A stretch of 64,000 nucleotides of DNA from Octopus sinensis (GCF_006345805.1 NC_043012.1:58590001-58654000); one strand, 5' to 3'; shown: positions 39,567 through 53,490, counted from the stretch's first letter. Numbers and translations: made by a program. The notes: generated by a model not told the origin, from the letters alone.

Positions 39567-40263
39567 TTTTTATTCCTCATATTACAAATTATGTTAAGAA
39601 AGAAAGGATATATTACATTCCATGGTTCGAGAAAGGCTAGGCTGAAAATGTATAAAATGTTGACTTGGAACTCCTTTGATAATCGAAGGGTTCCATCGAT
39701 CGGTGCTGACTACGATTAAACGATAGTTGAGTATTAAATGGTTATAAAATATCTACTATATTATCATGAGCGTCATGTAAATTTTTTAACACCGTAGCGT
39801 CTTTGAAATCTGAATGTTAGCTTCTTTTTGCAAAACCTGTAATGTAAATAGCAAAAAATTGTTGACAAAATTATATAATTTTATACACATTTATTGCAAA
39901 TTAGTAAATGATCCGTGGATTTGAACTCATGATCAATAAACTAACTCTCCAACATTTTATCAACAAAGCCATAATGAATAAATCGTTGCGGAAGTAAAAA
40001 AACGGTTCTTCAGAAACCACACTTTGGAGTATATAAACGAAAAAAAAAATCAATTTAAATAACGTATTTCTTAATACCCAGTTTATGAAAATAAGATGTA
40101 TGCTTGGAATGACTTCGGAAAAAATATGGCTGCTCTGTTATGTCTAATCTACCTACGCTACCTACACACACCCTGTATCGAAAGTCATCGGTATGAACTC
40201 ATGCTTATACACGGAGCCAACGAAAGCAGTCTTCTAAAAACGAAAATTATTAATATATATAAA

Positions 40264-40314
<51 letters not shown>

Positions 40315-40359
40315 CGATATATATATATTTATTTATTTATGTATGTATGTTTGTGTGTG

Positions 40360-40545
40360 TGTCCCCACCATCACTTGACAGCCAGTGTTGGTGTGTATAT
40401 GTCTCGGTAACTTGATGGTTCGGCAAAAGAAACCGATAAAAATAAGTACTAGGCATGCAAAGAATAAGGCCTGAGATCGATTTGTTTTTCGACTAAAACC
40501 CTCTGACCGCAGTCGAATGACTGAAACCAATAAAAGAATAAAAGA
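40360..40545 (+). mobile_element. SINE family A, 3' half
   Basis: ccccaccatcacttgacagccagtgttggtg...gcaaaagaaaccgat...gaccgcagtcgaatgactgaaacc. Confidence 0.82.
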
Positions 40546-41449
40546 ATAAAGGAACAAAAAGAATGAAAGAATTTGCAACTTAGAAATATTTTCGATGCAC
40601 AGTTTTGTTGATACGCTTCAATATGTTTCCTAGCTTTTATAAATCTCCTAGCAAAGCAGACAAACTGTCAATCACCAGCACCGACACCACAGCCAATATT
40701 TCTTCAATTACCAGACTCGATGGACTCTATGCAAGTCAGTATTGTATCTTTTATTTTTATGTGTGATATCATTTACGGGAAATATTACTCTCTCAGGCCG
40801 AATCAAATTGATAAGAAAGACATTATATGTAGAAAAATCTATCTATTCCAGGAAAGGCGATGCAAACAATCGCTAGATTACTAGCTCTCTAGAATTAGTC
40901 ATAAAAAATGGATTATTTTCTTCAATACGATAAAAAATTTACTGCGCCACCATTCTGGGGGTGGTAGACCTAATACGCAGCTGAGTTTGACTACACAACT
41001 CATCAACGACAGTGAAACTATTTCGTAAATCGACATGCAAGATATAACAGCCATGTCTCCCTCCAATTAAACTCTGTCGTCTGAGTAAAACGAAAGTTAT
41101 ACTGAGCAATACAGCCTTTGACTGTTTATTTCTGTAGTAATCTGAAGATTAAAGCAAAAGCATAGGGTCTTAAAAGGACCCTGTGTTTTTGGATGTCTTT
41201 AGAAACATACACCCTGTATCGAATATTCGGAGAAGACATTGGCTACATCTTCAACATATTTCTTTTCAGCAGAGTTTGAATTACAAATGTACAAGTTGGA
41301 TATACGCTGAAGCAATCTCACCTTTCCTGAAGAACTTCCCAAATCTTACGAGTTCTGTGTCTCTGAATTTGAATATATTATTAGAGGATAAATGAGAAAA
41401 AAATAAATTCAGTTTCTTAATAATGCCCATATTATGAGTATTTCCCAAG

Positions 41450-41640
41450 GCTGTGAGCTGGCAGAATCATTAACAAACCGGGAAAATGTTTAGCGGCAGC
41501 CGACTGTCTTTATGTCCTCAGTTCAAATTTTGCCGAGGTCAACTTTGCCTTTCGTCCCTTCCGAGTCGATAGATCACTAGGGTCGAAGTAATCGCATTAC
41601 ACTCTCCCACCAAATTTCTGGCCTTGTGTCAAAACAGGAA
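41450..41640 (+). mobile_element. SINE family B (B2), diverged
   Basis: gtgagctggcagaatcattaac...gttcaaattttgccgaggtcaactttgcctttc...ggccttgtgtc. Confidence 0.8.
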
Positions 41641-42775
41641 AGCTTTTTAGCTGTCTCACTTATCTGTATGTACATACGTATGTGTGTGTTTGTGTGTCTG
41701 CCTGTCTCTATGTATGTATGTAAGCTTTCCGAGATAATGAAACATATCATTCAAGTGGCTCTTAAGAAGCGACTCAGGTGTAGTTTTACAACTATTCAGA
41801 ACAGAAATAACCTGTACTAACTATAAAACAAGTGATTCTGTTGCTCCTGTCCTTTTATCATCCGTTTCTATACAGACACACATATAGCGAAAACAGCTGT
41901 AAGCTAATGAAACCCATAATCATATATTTTTTGTTCATCTCCCTTTTTTATTACCGCTCTATAATCGGGTAACACTTCGTTCTGAAACATACGCACATCG
42001 AATTCTACATCCGATCATCAATTTCGCAATGCGGAAACGAAATTATAATATATATATATATATACACAAAAGTTATAATTATAAGCATAATTATAATTAG
42101 GGTTCAGCAAAATTTGCTTCACCACAAACCGAAATTTAGAAATAGCAGTTAAATACTATTCCACTACCATAAGATATCTCCCAGACAGCAATACTCTCAA
42201 CTCACAAAGACAAAGAGAAAAAATAACGAATCGACTCGACTTTGATTAACTATATACGCGTTTCTGGATTAATGGATTAAAGATATGTAAAATAACTCAT
42301 ACCTTATTTCCGACATCAGTATAGTATTTCAATTATAAATTTGAGAGCACTAGCAATCAAGATATCTATTCGACCAAGAGCCATTGACCGAAATTTATAT
42401 CCAAAAAGCCAGTACTTCCGAATTTATACTGACGAGTTAGGGCTCGAACCTTCTCTTAATCACCCAGGTGCGTTACGAGTAATCCCGCAAAAAATTGCAG
42501 TTTACTATCAGGGAGAGAATTATATATTGACGATATATTTATTGATATATATATATATATTTATATATATTATATTAAATTAGAGATAAAACCACTATTA
42601 GGCAAATCAAACAATGAAAAACTTAAGCCAATACATAAAATTAATTAATTTATATTATTTTAGATATATATCAAAAGTATTAAAAGTTTAATAAAAGATA
42701 ATATTTTACTATAAAATTGGATTCAATCCTAAATCTGATTTTTCCCTGTAATTTTGGATTTATTCCCTAATATTT

Positions 42776-42811
<36 letters not shown>

Positions 42812-44026
42812 CATTAGTAATTGCTGTACAGATAATCACGAAGTAGTGTTCAGAACGATCAGACATTATCACAAATTTGAGATCTTTTAGAAGTCGTTGG
42901 CAAGAAGAATGTTCAAATACGAGCATCGGGCAGTACGACCGTTCAATGATTACATTCGTAAGGTATGTATTTACATGATCAGTTCTGAATTTTATTTATG
43001 TGATGTTATTAGTTTATATATTTACAAACTGTTTCGAATGGTCGATGACTTTCAGATAAAAAATGGATGTAGTACAAGCAGATGCTATAATGTCGAAATT
43101 GATTAGTTATACGTAAAAGCAAGGTAAAATATTGACTATCGCGGATTTTCAGTTCCGGGCTGGAGAGCCACGGAATTCACTGCGTGTGTGTGTATGTATG
43201 TGGGTGTGTGTGTGGATAGTAAAGTGTAGCCAATTGTCTCAGGTGAGTGAGTTCGGATTGCTAACATTCACGATGCTCTCCCTGTTTCATCGTTCAGTTC
43301 AACACCCAAATCTTATCATTTTAAACGACTCCTTTCTTCTGATTACAGTTCTTGTCGTAGAATACAGTAAATGGCGCCCTGCAGAGGGACAGCACTGTCC
43401 CGCCTTTCTGTGTCATTAAAAAACAATAGAAAGCAACAAGAAAGAAAAGATAAACAAAGCAAACACGCCGATTCCGAATATTGTTAACTGACTCATTTCA
43501 TAGTCGGTTATCCTTTGTGAATTCAAGATATTCAAAACAAGTAGCAATGGCACCATTTTCTGTTAACACTGCTCTAGATTTCTTCCTTCCACCCCTGAAA
43601 TATTCAATGTACTGCGAACTTAGTTCATTCTTCAAGTTTAAGTGAAAAACTGCGAAAACGCTTCTGACATTTTGTTTTGTCTGTAAGTTTATATATGACA
43701 TATTAGAATGTGTTCATGTTTATTTAACAGTTCCACAACGGAGGCAAACATACGCACATTGCACACTAACGCACACATACACACACACAAACACACACAC
43801 GCACACACACGCATATATATATATATATATATAAATAGAGAGGAGAGAGAGAGAGAAATATAGGTATATATGTATGTGTGTGCATGTGTATAGTAATGGA
43901 AGTATGCACGTGCGTTTATGCGTATATGTGTGTGTGTCTGTGTGCGCGTGCATGTGTATGTGTTGTGTCTGTGTACGTGTGTGACTATGTTTATAAAAAT
44001 GTGTGAATATGCGTGAAAGCGTTCGT

Positions 44027-44068
<42 letters not shown>

Positions 44069-44203
44069 CATATACACATGTATATATAATATATATAATA
44101 TTATATATATATATAATATATATAGATATATATATATATACATATACATATACACATGTATATATATATTATATATATATATAATATACATATACATATA
44201 CAC

Positions 44204-44241
<38 letters not shown>

Positions 44242-44842
44242 CATATACATATACACATGTATATATATATATAGATATATATAATATATATATACATATA
44301 CATATACACATGTATATATATATTATATATATATACAGGTATACTTACATTTATGTATATATATATGCATATACATTACCATTACATGTACATTCACTCA
44401 CACCCACACCCACACATATACCTACATATCTATATATCTATACCTATATATATATAAATACATACATACATACATACATAAATACATATATGTGTGTGTA
44501 TATATAAATATATATAGATATAGATATAGATACATATATGCTTTTACACCATACACACTCATGAGCGTCGATAAGAAGTGCATAAGTAGAAGAAAGAGAA
44601 AGAGAGAGAGAGAGAGCGAGAGAAGAGGAGCGAGATTAGGTGGGTAAGCACGATGTAGAAATGAGGGTAGATAGGAGTCGTTAGAATCTAAGTGTAATGG
44701 CATGTAGCCAATAGGTTGGTAGAAAATGTGAAGTTTTCAAATTTCCCTATTATTTTGCATACCTTAAGATAGTAATTATGATGTTTGCAGAGTATATTTA
44801 TGTAAACACCCGGGTATTGCATACACAGAAACTATGCACATG

Positions 44843-44945
<103 letters not shown>

Positions 44946-45987
44946 GTCTATATATATCTACCTACCCATCTATCTATCTTTCTATCTATTTATATATCTA
45001 TCTATATATATATATATCTACCCTCCCATCTATATATTTATCTATCTATCTATCTATCTATCTGTCTATCTATCTATATATATCTACCTACTCATCTATC
45101 TATTTATCTATCTATGTATCTATCTCTATCTATCTATTTATATATCTTTCTGTGTGAGTGTGTGTGTGTGTGTGTGTTTGTGTAAGTGTGCTTCTCTATT
45201 TGTATCATGTATGCTTGTATTTGTGCATGTGTGTGTTTAGGCAGCACACAATTACACACATACACGGATAACTGTAACTATATCTATCTATCCTTCTCAC
45301 TCACTCTCTCTCTCTCTCTCCCCGTCGCAGACATATATATATATGTGTGTCTGTGTGTGTGTGTGTGTATACATATATATCCACATACATACACAAAAAC
45401 ACACACACATATATATATATAAACGTTTATTAAAGCTACAAAATTATCACAAAGCTGTTTCTCAGAGTTTTACGTTCTCCTCAATACTCTACCTTCGGTA
45501 TTCGAGTACTATTTCTCCACATTGTTTTGCAATGTATATACTCACCTTTGTGCGTGTGCATATATACACATATATTCGTCTTACCCGAATCAACTATTAA
45601 AATGTATATAATCAGCATCCCTGGGAAGAGAACTCCCGGGAAATGTACAGTGTTAATATCATTGCCTAGTGAACTAACTCTATATTTTGCTCTAAATTCA
45701 GTGAGACTTCTACTATTCTGAAGTGTGAATGAAGCATGTGTTTTGCAGCTTAATATTACTTATCTCCAGTAAAGAAAACGACGACATATACAAGAGGGAT
45801 TACATGAAATGATCAGTGCATGAATATGTACATCTCTGCCCAGAAATATGATTATTCTAACCCTAATAGTGTACTTGGATATTCGATATGCGTTTGTAGC
45901 GTCACCTGTAATACAGCTTCCATTTAGGTTTTCATTTTACATCTTTTTCTATCTGCGGCCGTTTTATATATCGTATGTATCTACTTC

Positions 45988-46202
45988 GGTGAGCTGTCGG
46001 AATCGTTAGCACGTCCGACAAAATTCTTAGCACCATTTATTTCATATGTTTTTATGTTTCGAGTTCAAATGCCGCGAAGGTTGACTATGCTTTTCATCAT
46101 TACAAGGTCGATAAATTAAGTACCTGTCAAGGACTTCTGTGGGTACAATCGACTCCCCCTGCCTCAAATATTTTGGACCTTGTGCCTGTAGTAGAAAGAA
46201 TA
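45988..46202 (+). mobile_element. SINE family B (B2), diverged
   Basis: ggtgagctgtcggaatcgttagcacg...gagttcaaatgcc...gtcgataaattaagtacc...ccttgtgcctgtagtagaaag. Confidence 0.8.
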
Positions 46203-46581
46203 TGTCATATGTATCTACATTCTTGTGGGTCGCATTGTCCTCGCATGAATGACAATTAACTTTCTGCCATAATTCTACTGATACATACATACACACATAC
46301 ATGCATACATACATACATACATACATACATACATACATACGTACATACATACATATGCACACACACACGCACACACATATACAGACAGACTCACAAATAT
46401 ACATATATATCTCTCCCTGCCATTTCATCATACCGTAAATCTCTACACATTTTTTACTCTCTTCGTTCTCTTCTTAATTCTTTCTCACGAAGACATTTTC
46501 ATTCTTCCCGAGCGTTAAACTAGTACACCTCATTGTTGCTCCTACACCTGTCTTCCTCTTCTGTTTTCTGTAAATTTCACC

Positions 46582-46623
<42 letters not shown>

Positions 46624-46874
46624 ATATAAATATTATATAAATATATGCATACATATATGTACATACCTACATATATATGTATATATACATGCATATATGG
46701 GTACATGACATAAAAAAAAACGTTAAACTCAATGAGAAACGAAAACATAAATACAAAAATATAGAAACGAACCTTTTTCGAACAACGAAAAAATATAAAG
46801 AGAAACGAGATAAACAACATAAAAAATATTCCCCTTCATCAGTTGTCCCCTGTTTCAACTACTCCACGTTTCGA

Positions 46875-47149
46875 GGAGGCGCAATGGCCCAGTGGTTAGG
46901 GCAGCGGACTCGCAGTCGTAGGACCGCGGTTTCGATTCTCAGACCGGGCGTTGTGAAAGTTTATTGAGCGAAAACACCTAAAGCTACACGAGGCTCATGT
47001 AGAAGGTGGTGGCGATTAATGCTGCACTCTTTCGCCACAACTTTCTCTCGCTCTTTATTCTGTTAGCCTGCTCGCTTAGTCAGCTGGGTGGCGTCATTGT
47101 GACAAGCGATACGTAGCAACATCTGATAGCCTGTTCGGTTACGGTGATA
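46875..47149 (+). mobile_element. SINE family C, tail variant C2
   Basis: C head and body, then ctgttagcctgctcgcttagtcagctgggtggcgtcatt...gtagcaacatctgatagcc...cggtgata followed by (TA)n. Confidence 0.88.
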
Positions 47150-48136
47150 TATATATATATATATTATTATATATATATATATATATGCATTTTAAGTACG
47201 TATGTATAAAACACAACGAGGGCAGCTATACGCAATATAAAACCCAAAAGGGAAATCTTAATTGTCCCTAATTGTGACTGATGGTGACCGGTAGCACTTA
47301 TGTTGCTTGAAATAACTCTTTTTTAACTCTTATTTCTGACAATATATTTGGTGGTCGGCACACTATGTGCATGTATGTATGGATATATAGATAGATACAT
47401 GTATACATATATACATACATACATACATACATACTTACGTACATACATACGTAAATACAAATATACATGCATACATACATACATACATACATACATACAT
47501 ACATACATACATACATACACATGCACACATGTAGCATGTACAAATTTGTGTATGTATGGATAGTTGGATACACTAAACCAGCATCTAAAAAGCCTGCTCT
47601 GTAACGGGGTAGATGTCGCTCCAGACATCATGCCGGAAAACTAAATCTGTCAGAGAGCAGATGAGCCTAATAGTCAGCCGCAATCTATCAGCTGGGAGTG
47701 ACGGACCCCTAGACTTTGTTTCGATATCTGTTTAAGAGAGGAAAAAAACAAAGAAGAAAAGAGAAGAAAAAGACGTGATATTACAGCCGTGACATCATTT
47801 ACATACAATAATGTAGAGCAGCTCTATCTGGGCAAACGCATACACTTTTCAGAAAGTGAGATTGGCAATACGCAAGCTATCTCCTCACTTTAAAGAGTTC
47901 CATGCACGGATATCACATAAGCATTTACATTTTTAATATGTGCTGCATACTTTGGATAACATCAACGGCTTGGAGTGGGGAGGTTGGTATGCATTGGCGA
48001 CTATCTGTCTTCCACAAAGTTACCTTGCTTGGACTTGTGCCTCAGAGGAGGAGAACTTTCTAGGTGCGATCTTATAGGCATTCATGACGGAAGTCATGAA
48101 TGCCATATATAATATATAATATATATATAATATATA

Positions 48137-48258
48137 TATCACGTGATCACGTGACCCGAACGACCAGCAGATGTTGTTACACATCGCTGGTCACAGTGCG
48201 TTCGCATTGTTTTAAGCCTTCGAATGACGCCACTCCGCTGGCTAAGTGAGCAGGCCAA
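48137..48258 (-). mobile_element. Isolated C2 SINE tail inside a (TA)n tract
   Basis: cagatgttgttacacatcgctggtcacagtgcgttcgcattgttttaagccttcgaatgacgccac matches 4500-4590. Confidence 0.85.
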
Positions 48259-48277
48259 TATATATATATATATATAT

Positions 48278-48310
<33 letters not shown>

Positions 48311-48548
48311 ACATAATAATGATAATAATAATAGTAATAATAATATAAATAAATAGGGAGTATAACTCCAAACTTACAGGGAAAAATTCAATTTAGTATT
48401 AAATCAAATTTCACAATATAAATATATAATATATATAAAATAGAGAAAAACCGCTATTATGTAATTCAAAGAATGATAGACAAAAATATCATATAGAAGA
48501 AATAAAATATATGATAAATCATTTATGTAGATACATAATAATAATAAC

Positions 48549-48592
<44 letters not shown>

Positions 48593-49011
48593 TAAACAGT
48601 ATATAATATAAGTAGTATATAATAAGTATATTATATACTTATTATTATAAATTGCGGGGGCAACTTATTAGCGAATCCTATAAAAAAATCTTCTGTTGTT
48701 TTGTAGGTAGAAGCCACGTCTGAATTTCCGACACTGAGAATAATCGGAAAAGGCCGAACAGCTAATTCCAAAGCCGAGAAGTACACGGAGAATGATCTTT
48801 TGATATTTCTTCATATATCTCTTTACTTCTGTTAGTATGAAAAAAATAACCGATTTTCAAAAAGTGAGTATAACTCATGTTTGTTTCTGTACCTTTCTTT
48901 CTTTAATTCGATGAAAGACATAAATTAAAACGTAAATGGAACATATCGAGGTGATTAAGTCTCAATACGATAAACAAGTCAACTAGCGTTACCAAGGGTT
49001 ACATTTTACGT

Positions 49012-49260
49012 TACTCTCTTTCTCTTTTACTCTTTTGCTTGTTTCAGTCATTTGACTGTGGCCATGTTGGAGCACCGCCTTTAGTCGAGCAAATCGACCC
49101 CAGGACTTATTCTTTGTAACCCTAGTACTTATTCTATCGGTCTCTTTTGCCGAACCGCTAAGTTACAGCGACATAAACACATGAGCATCGGTTGTCAAGC
49201 TATGTTGGGAGGACAAACACAGACACACAAAAATACACACTCTCTCTCTATCTCTCTCAC

Positions 49261-49292
<32 letters not shown>

Positions 49293-49440
49293 CATACATA
49301 CGACGGGCTTCTTTCAGTTTCCGTCTACCAAATCCACTCACAAGGCTTTGGTCGGCCCGAGGCTATAGTAGAAGACGCGTGCCCAAGGTGCCACGCAGTG
49401 GGACTGAACCCGGAACCATGTGGTTCGTTAGCAAGCTACT
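49012..49440 (-). mobile_element. SINE family A, near full length and well conserved
   Basis: Both halves plus an internal CT/CA/TA tract at about 49215-49300; about 20 bp of the head missing. Confidence 0.92.
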
Positions 49441-51507
49441 TGTATGGTCTTAATGGGATAACAGTTGTTGTAAATCATTATCAACTCACTAAAAGCTAGG
49501 TTACCGAACAAGGACAATGTTGGCGCCATTCCTAATCGAACTTTGCTCTCCAGCATCAAAAAAGTGTTGCTGTAACTTATAGCTAATTCAATAGAAAAAT
49601 TCCTGATTTGAACTATGTAGTCAGAGCTGCGACCTGTAAGCGAGGGCGTTTTAAAGTCGAGTATATATGTTTGTGTGTGTGTGTGGTGTGTGTGTGTGCG
49701 TGCGTGTGTGTGTGAGTGTGTGTGTACTGGCAAAATATCTCGTGTGTAGTCAACCTGTGATTTTTTAGAAACTTCTAGGTTATGGGACGTAAACAAACCA
49801 AAACCGTTTGTCAGATTTTGAAAGTCAATACAAGACGTGAACACTCGCGCGTGCGTGCGCCTTTACATATACACAAAGAACTACATGCGTGCGCGCACAC
49901 ACACAAATGTATACGAATATATGCGTGTATAAATATGTCTGTGTATAATAAATATTAACACAGACGTAAATACAAACTTATGGATGTGTATAAATACACA
50001 CACACAAACGCACACACTCGCACACGCACACACGCATACATACACACATACACATAGACTCATACGCACATGCATACGTTCAGAGTTAGCATAACAAAAT
50101 ATGCACAAGCACACACACACATACACACACACACACTCACACACAAGCATACATCACACAGACATACAGTCTTCGTATGTCTCTCAAACATATCCAAGAC
50201 ACAGCCGATATTCGATTTCCCCGGTTCGAACATGAACGCTGACATCGGAGATTGGTAGTGATACCTTTGAGCATTGCTGTCTTCCTCTCATTTCCCGATA
50301 AATTATATTTTGACTATGCTATGAAACATGATATTTCACAGTCTGTCTCTCTAATTATTTTTGTTTCACCATCTAGCATCACACGTAATTATCCATCTTC
50401 GTATTCTATGATGCAGTATGCCATGGTCGATAGCATTTACTTTCAGTTGAAAATGAATCTTCTTTTCAAACCAGCTTCAATTCATTGTAAGTATGTACAT
50501 GCGTGCCTTTGTGCGTGTATATATATATCGTATATATCGTATATATACCGTATATATCCGCGAAACGACGAGGAAACAGCTGCAAATTTTCCGTGTACTC
50601 TGGTTTTGCTTAATTTTCTGTTTGTTATATTTTTGTTAAATTGTTCAGTTTGTTGAGTTCTTTTTGTTCAGCCCCTGGTAATAAACACACACACCTATAT
50701 ACATACATACACACACACTCACGCACGCACACACACACACACACTCAAACACAAACACATATATATATATATTTATATATATATATTATATATATATATG
50801 TAAAGAAAACAAAAGAACGTAACAGGCGACAACAGAACATCCGGACAGTTAGTTGATACGAAAAAAGGACAGGAAAAAACAAGGACAGAGTATTCAGAGC
50901 TTCCTATCACCAGTCGAGTTCTAGATCATTGTAGCAGTGTCGGCCGCTTACACTCGAGACTGTTCCAATCTCGCCAGCCCCAGGAAAATATAAGCTAACA
51001 GCCCTAGATTCCTTGGAAGAAAGCAAGCGAATGTATAGGAAAAAAAGGACGAAAAACGGAGAAATGGAACACAATTACAAATACAAATAACAGGTCAATA
51101 ACAACAGGTGTCTTTCGACTAAGGACGAATTAAATTAAGCTGGCATGTATGGAAATGAAGCCTTACATAAAAGAAGAAAATCATGGAAAGGATGGTAGTC
51201 GAACCAAGAAGCAAATTTCAAGCTTGGCGGAACACCAGTCACATAGAAGTAGAGGAGAGAAGTAAGGGCAAACGGGTTGCAGAATTGGGGAAGGACGAGA
51301 AAGAGAGAAAAAGAGAGAAAAAGAAACGAAAGGGACAGGGTGAGGTACAAGAGGAGGGAAAGTGAAAATGAAGAGAAAGCCAAGAAATGTAAGAGAGTGG
51401 GGGGGGCGAGGAAAAGAAAAGTGGGAGAGAACGTAGAAAGTGTGAAGTGGGCTGAAAGAAAGAGTAAGAGAGTCGTACAAAATTTAGATATATATGTACG
51501 TACGCCG

Positions 51508-51546
<39 letters not shown>

Positions 51547-51646
51547 GATACATATTTATATATATACACACATATATCTATATATATTATATATACACAC
51601 ATATAGACATATATATATATATATATACACACATATATGTATATTT

Positions 51647-51677
<31 letters not shown>

Positions 51678-51785
51678 CATGTATATGGTTCAGATTATAA
51701 AGAATAAAGCGAAAAACAAATGTTAGAGATAGGTGAGGGGAAAACACAGGATGCATTAGTTTGACGCTCATGAAAAATGGAAGAA

Positions 51786-51823
51786 TCTTTGACGTTTCAT
51801 ACCTATGCACTTCTCCAGAAAAA
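51786..51823 (-). ncRNA. Degenerate minimal hammerhead-ribozyme fold
   Basis: UUUUU-CUGGAGA-A-GUGC(AUAG)GUAU-GAAAC-GUC-AAAGA: stems I and II pair; core has A6>G. Confidence 0.5.
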
Positions 51824-51902
51824 ATGAGGAAAGGAAGCACGTCCCTGGACTAACGGTTGCACATATTCAACACACACACACACACACGCACACACACACA
51901 TT

Positions 51903-51950
51903 TATATACTGACGAGTTTATAATTTTCAAACGAAACTAGTGTAGCATAG
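51903..51950 (+). ncRNA. Minimal hammerhead-ribozyme fold with intact catalytic core and damaged stem I
   Basis: UAUAUA-CUGACGA-GUUU(AUAAUUUUC)AAAC-GAAAC-UAGU-GUA. Confidence 0.5.
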
Positions 51951-52910
51951 TGATTCAGCTTCGCTGTGGGGCCGTTATCTCCCCAGTCAGTATCTGAAAA
52001 TATGCTTCCTGTGGTTCTAAGTAATTTTAAACTTTTATTTCAAGTAAAATATGTGCTAAGCAGTACAATCAGTCAAAATTGGTGACAAGTGGGAGGGGTC
52101 TAGTCAGTTACATTACTACAGTGCTTAGCTGGTGCTTATTTTGTCGACCTTGAATACATAAAAAAGCAAAGACGACCTCGGTGGCATTTGAACCTATAAA
52201 GCTATAAATAAAATTATCTAAATCTTGAATTGAAAAACCCACTTGCCAAGAAAAAATAGAATACTGTCCGTGGGACACGAACCCTTGTGTCCTGTTGCTT
52301 TAATAGACGTTCCACCTACGATTTTAAAAATCCAAATAGGTTCTGCGACACACTCTTCACACGGTTTTTATTTTAGATTTATGCGTGTAGCTTCGATATC
52401 CACTGTTCCAAAAACAGAATTAATTCAAGTTGTCGCGAAAGTTTATAAAATCTTTATGACGCACAGACACACATATTGACATTTACAATAAAATATTCCG
52501 AAGTCATTGTCAAATGTATTCCTCTAAATAATTTTGAGGAATCCTTCAGTTAAAAGTCGCATTCTTTTTATGTGTAGCTCAATAAAAAACACACGTCCAT
52601 ATTTGCATGTGTTCACACGTGTGTTGATATATATATATATATGTTCTCTATCTATGCGTTTCTGTTTCTGGATGGGACCCGTCGGTAGTTCGCTCAAGTA
52701 GTTTACCTGTATGTATGTAAATATGTATATATATATATATATCTATATATATTAATATATATCATACAAATGTATTGTATATAATATATATAATATATAT
52801 ATATATATATAATATATATATATTATTATATATACAATATGTATATATGCACATATATATACACACATGTATATATACATGCATATGTATATATACATGC
52901 ATTTGTATAT

Positions 52911-52946
<36 letters not shown>

Positions 52947-53458
52947 GCATATATATATATTTATATATATATGTATGTATGTATTTATATATACATGTCT
53001 ACACATGTATATCCATATGTGTATGTGTGTGTGTGAGAGAGAGAGAGAGAGAGTTTGTGTGCGCGCATGAGTGTCTGTACTTGAACTGAAGCAATTTTGT
53101 TATTGCTTCTGGATGCCAAAAAAGAAAACAAAAATCTTTGATGCTTAAGCTCAGCGCCTAAATGGACTCTACAGTTGAAATATTCTTCTCAAAACAAAAA
53201 ACAGTCTTTAAATTTACTTACTAATTGGCGCCTAGAAGTCGAGATCATTTTTACGTTCACTGAAAGTATATATATATACATATACACACAAGTATACATA
53301 CATATCTACAACTATACATACACATATATACAGACACCTATATGTATATTTTTATATAGGTATATATGTTTGTGTGTTGATGCACATGTATCTATCTATC
53401 TATCTGTCTATCTGCCTACCTATCTATCCTTCTATCTGTGTGTGTGTATATAGATAAT

Positions 53459-53490
<32 letters not shown>

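Noticed and set aside
42425-42455. tatactgacgagttagggctcgaacc, sharing its first 14 nt with the 51903 hammerhead
   Set aside because: Stem II does not pair properly and GAAA is reduced to GAAC; too decayed to call.
43370-43390. CTCF-like motif tggcgccctgcagagg
   Set aside because: Two to three mismatches at informative positions; not supportable without ChIP data or a PWM scan.
46821-46880. Permuted hammerhead-like order (CGAAAC...CUGAUGA) on the minus strand, also at 27860-27900
   Set aside because: Stem I and the NUH triplet cannot be formed in register, and the 27.9-kb copy lacks GAAA.
51135-51632. 165-aa minus-strand ORF and neighbouring 50840-51250 sequence
   Set aside because: Mostly TA- and CT-repeat-derived. 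The non-repetitive part looks like an unclassified repeat, and I recognise no protein motif.
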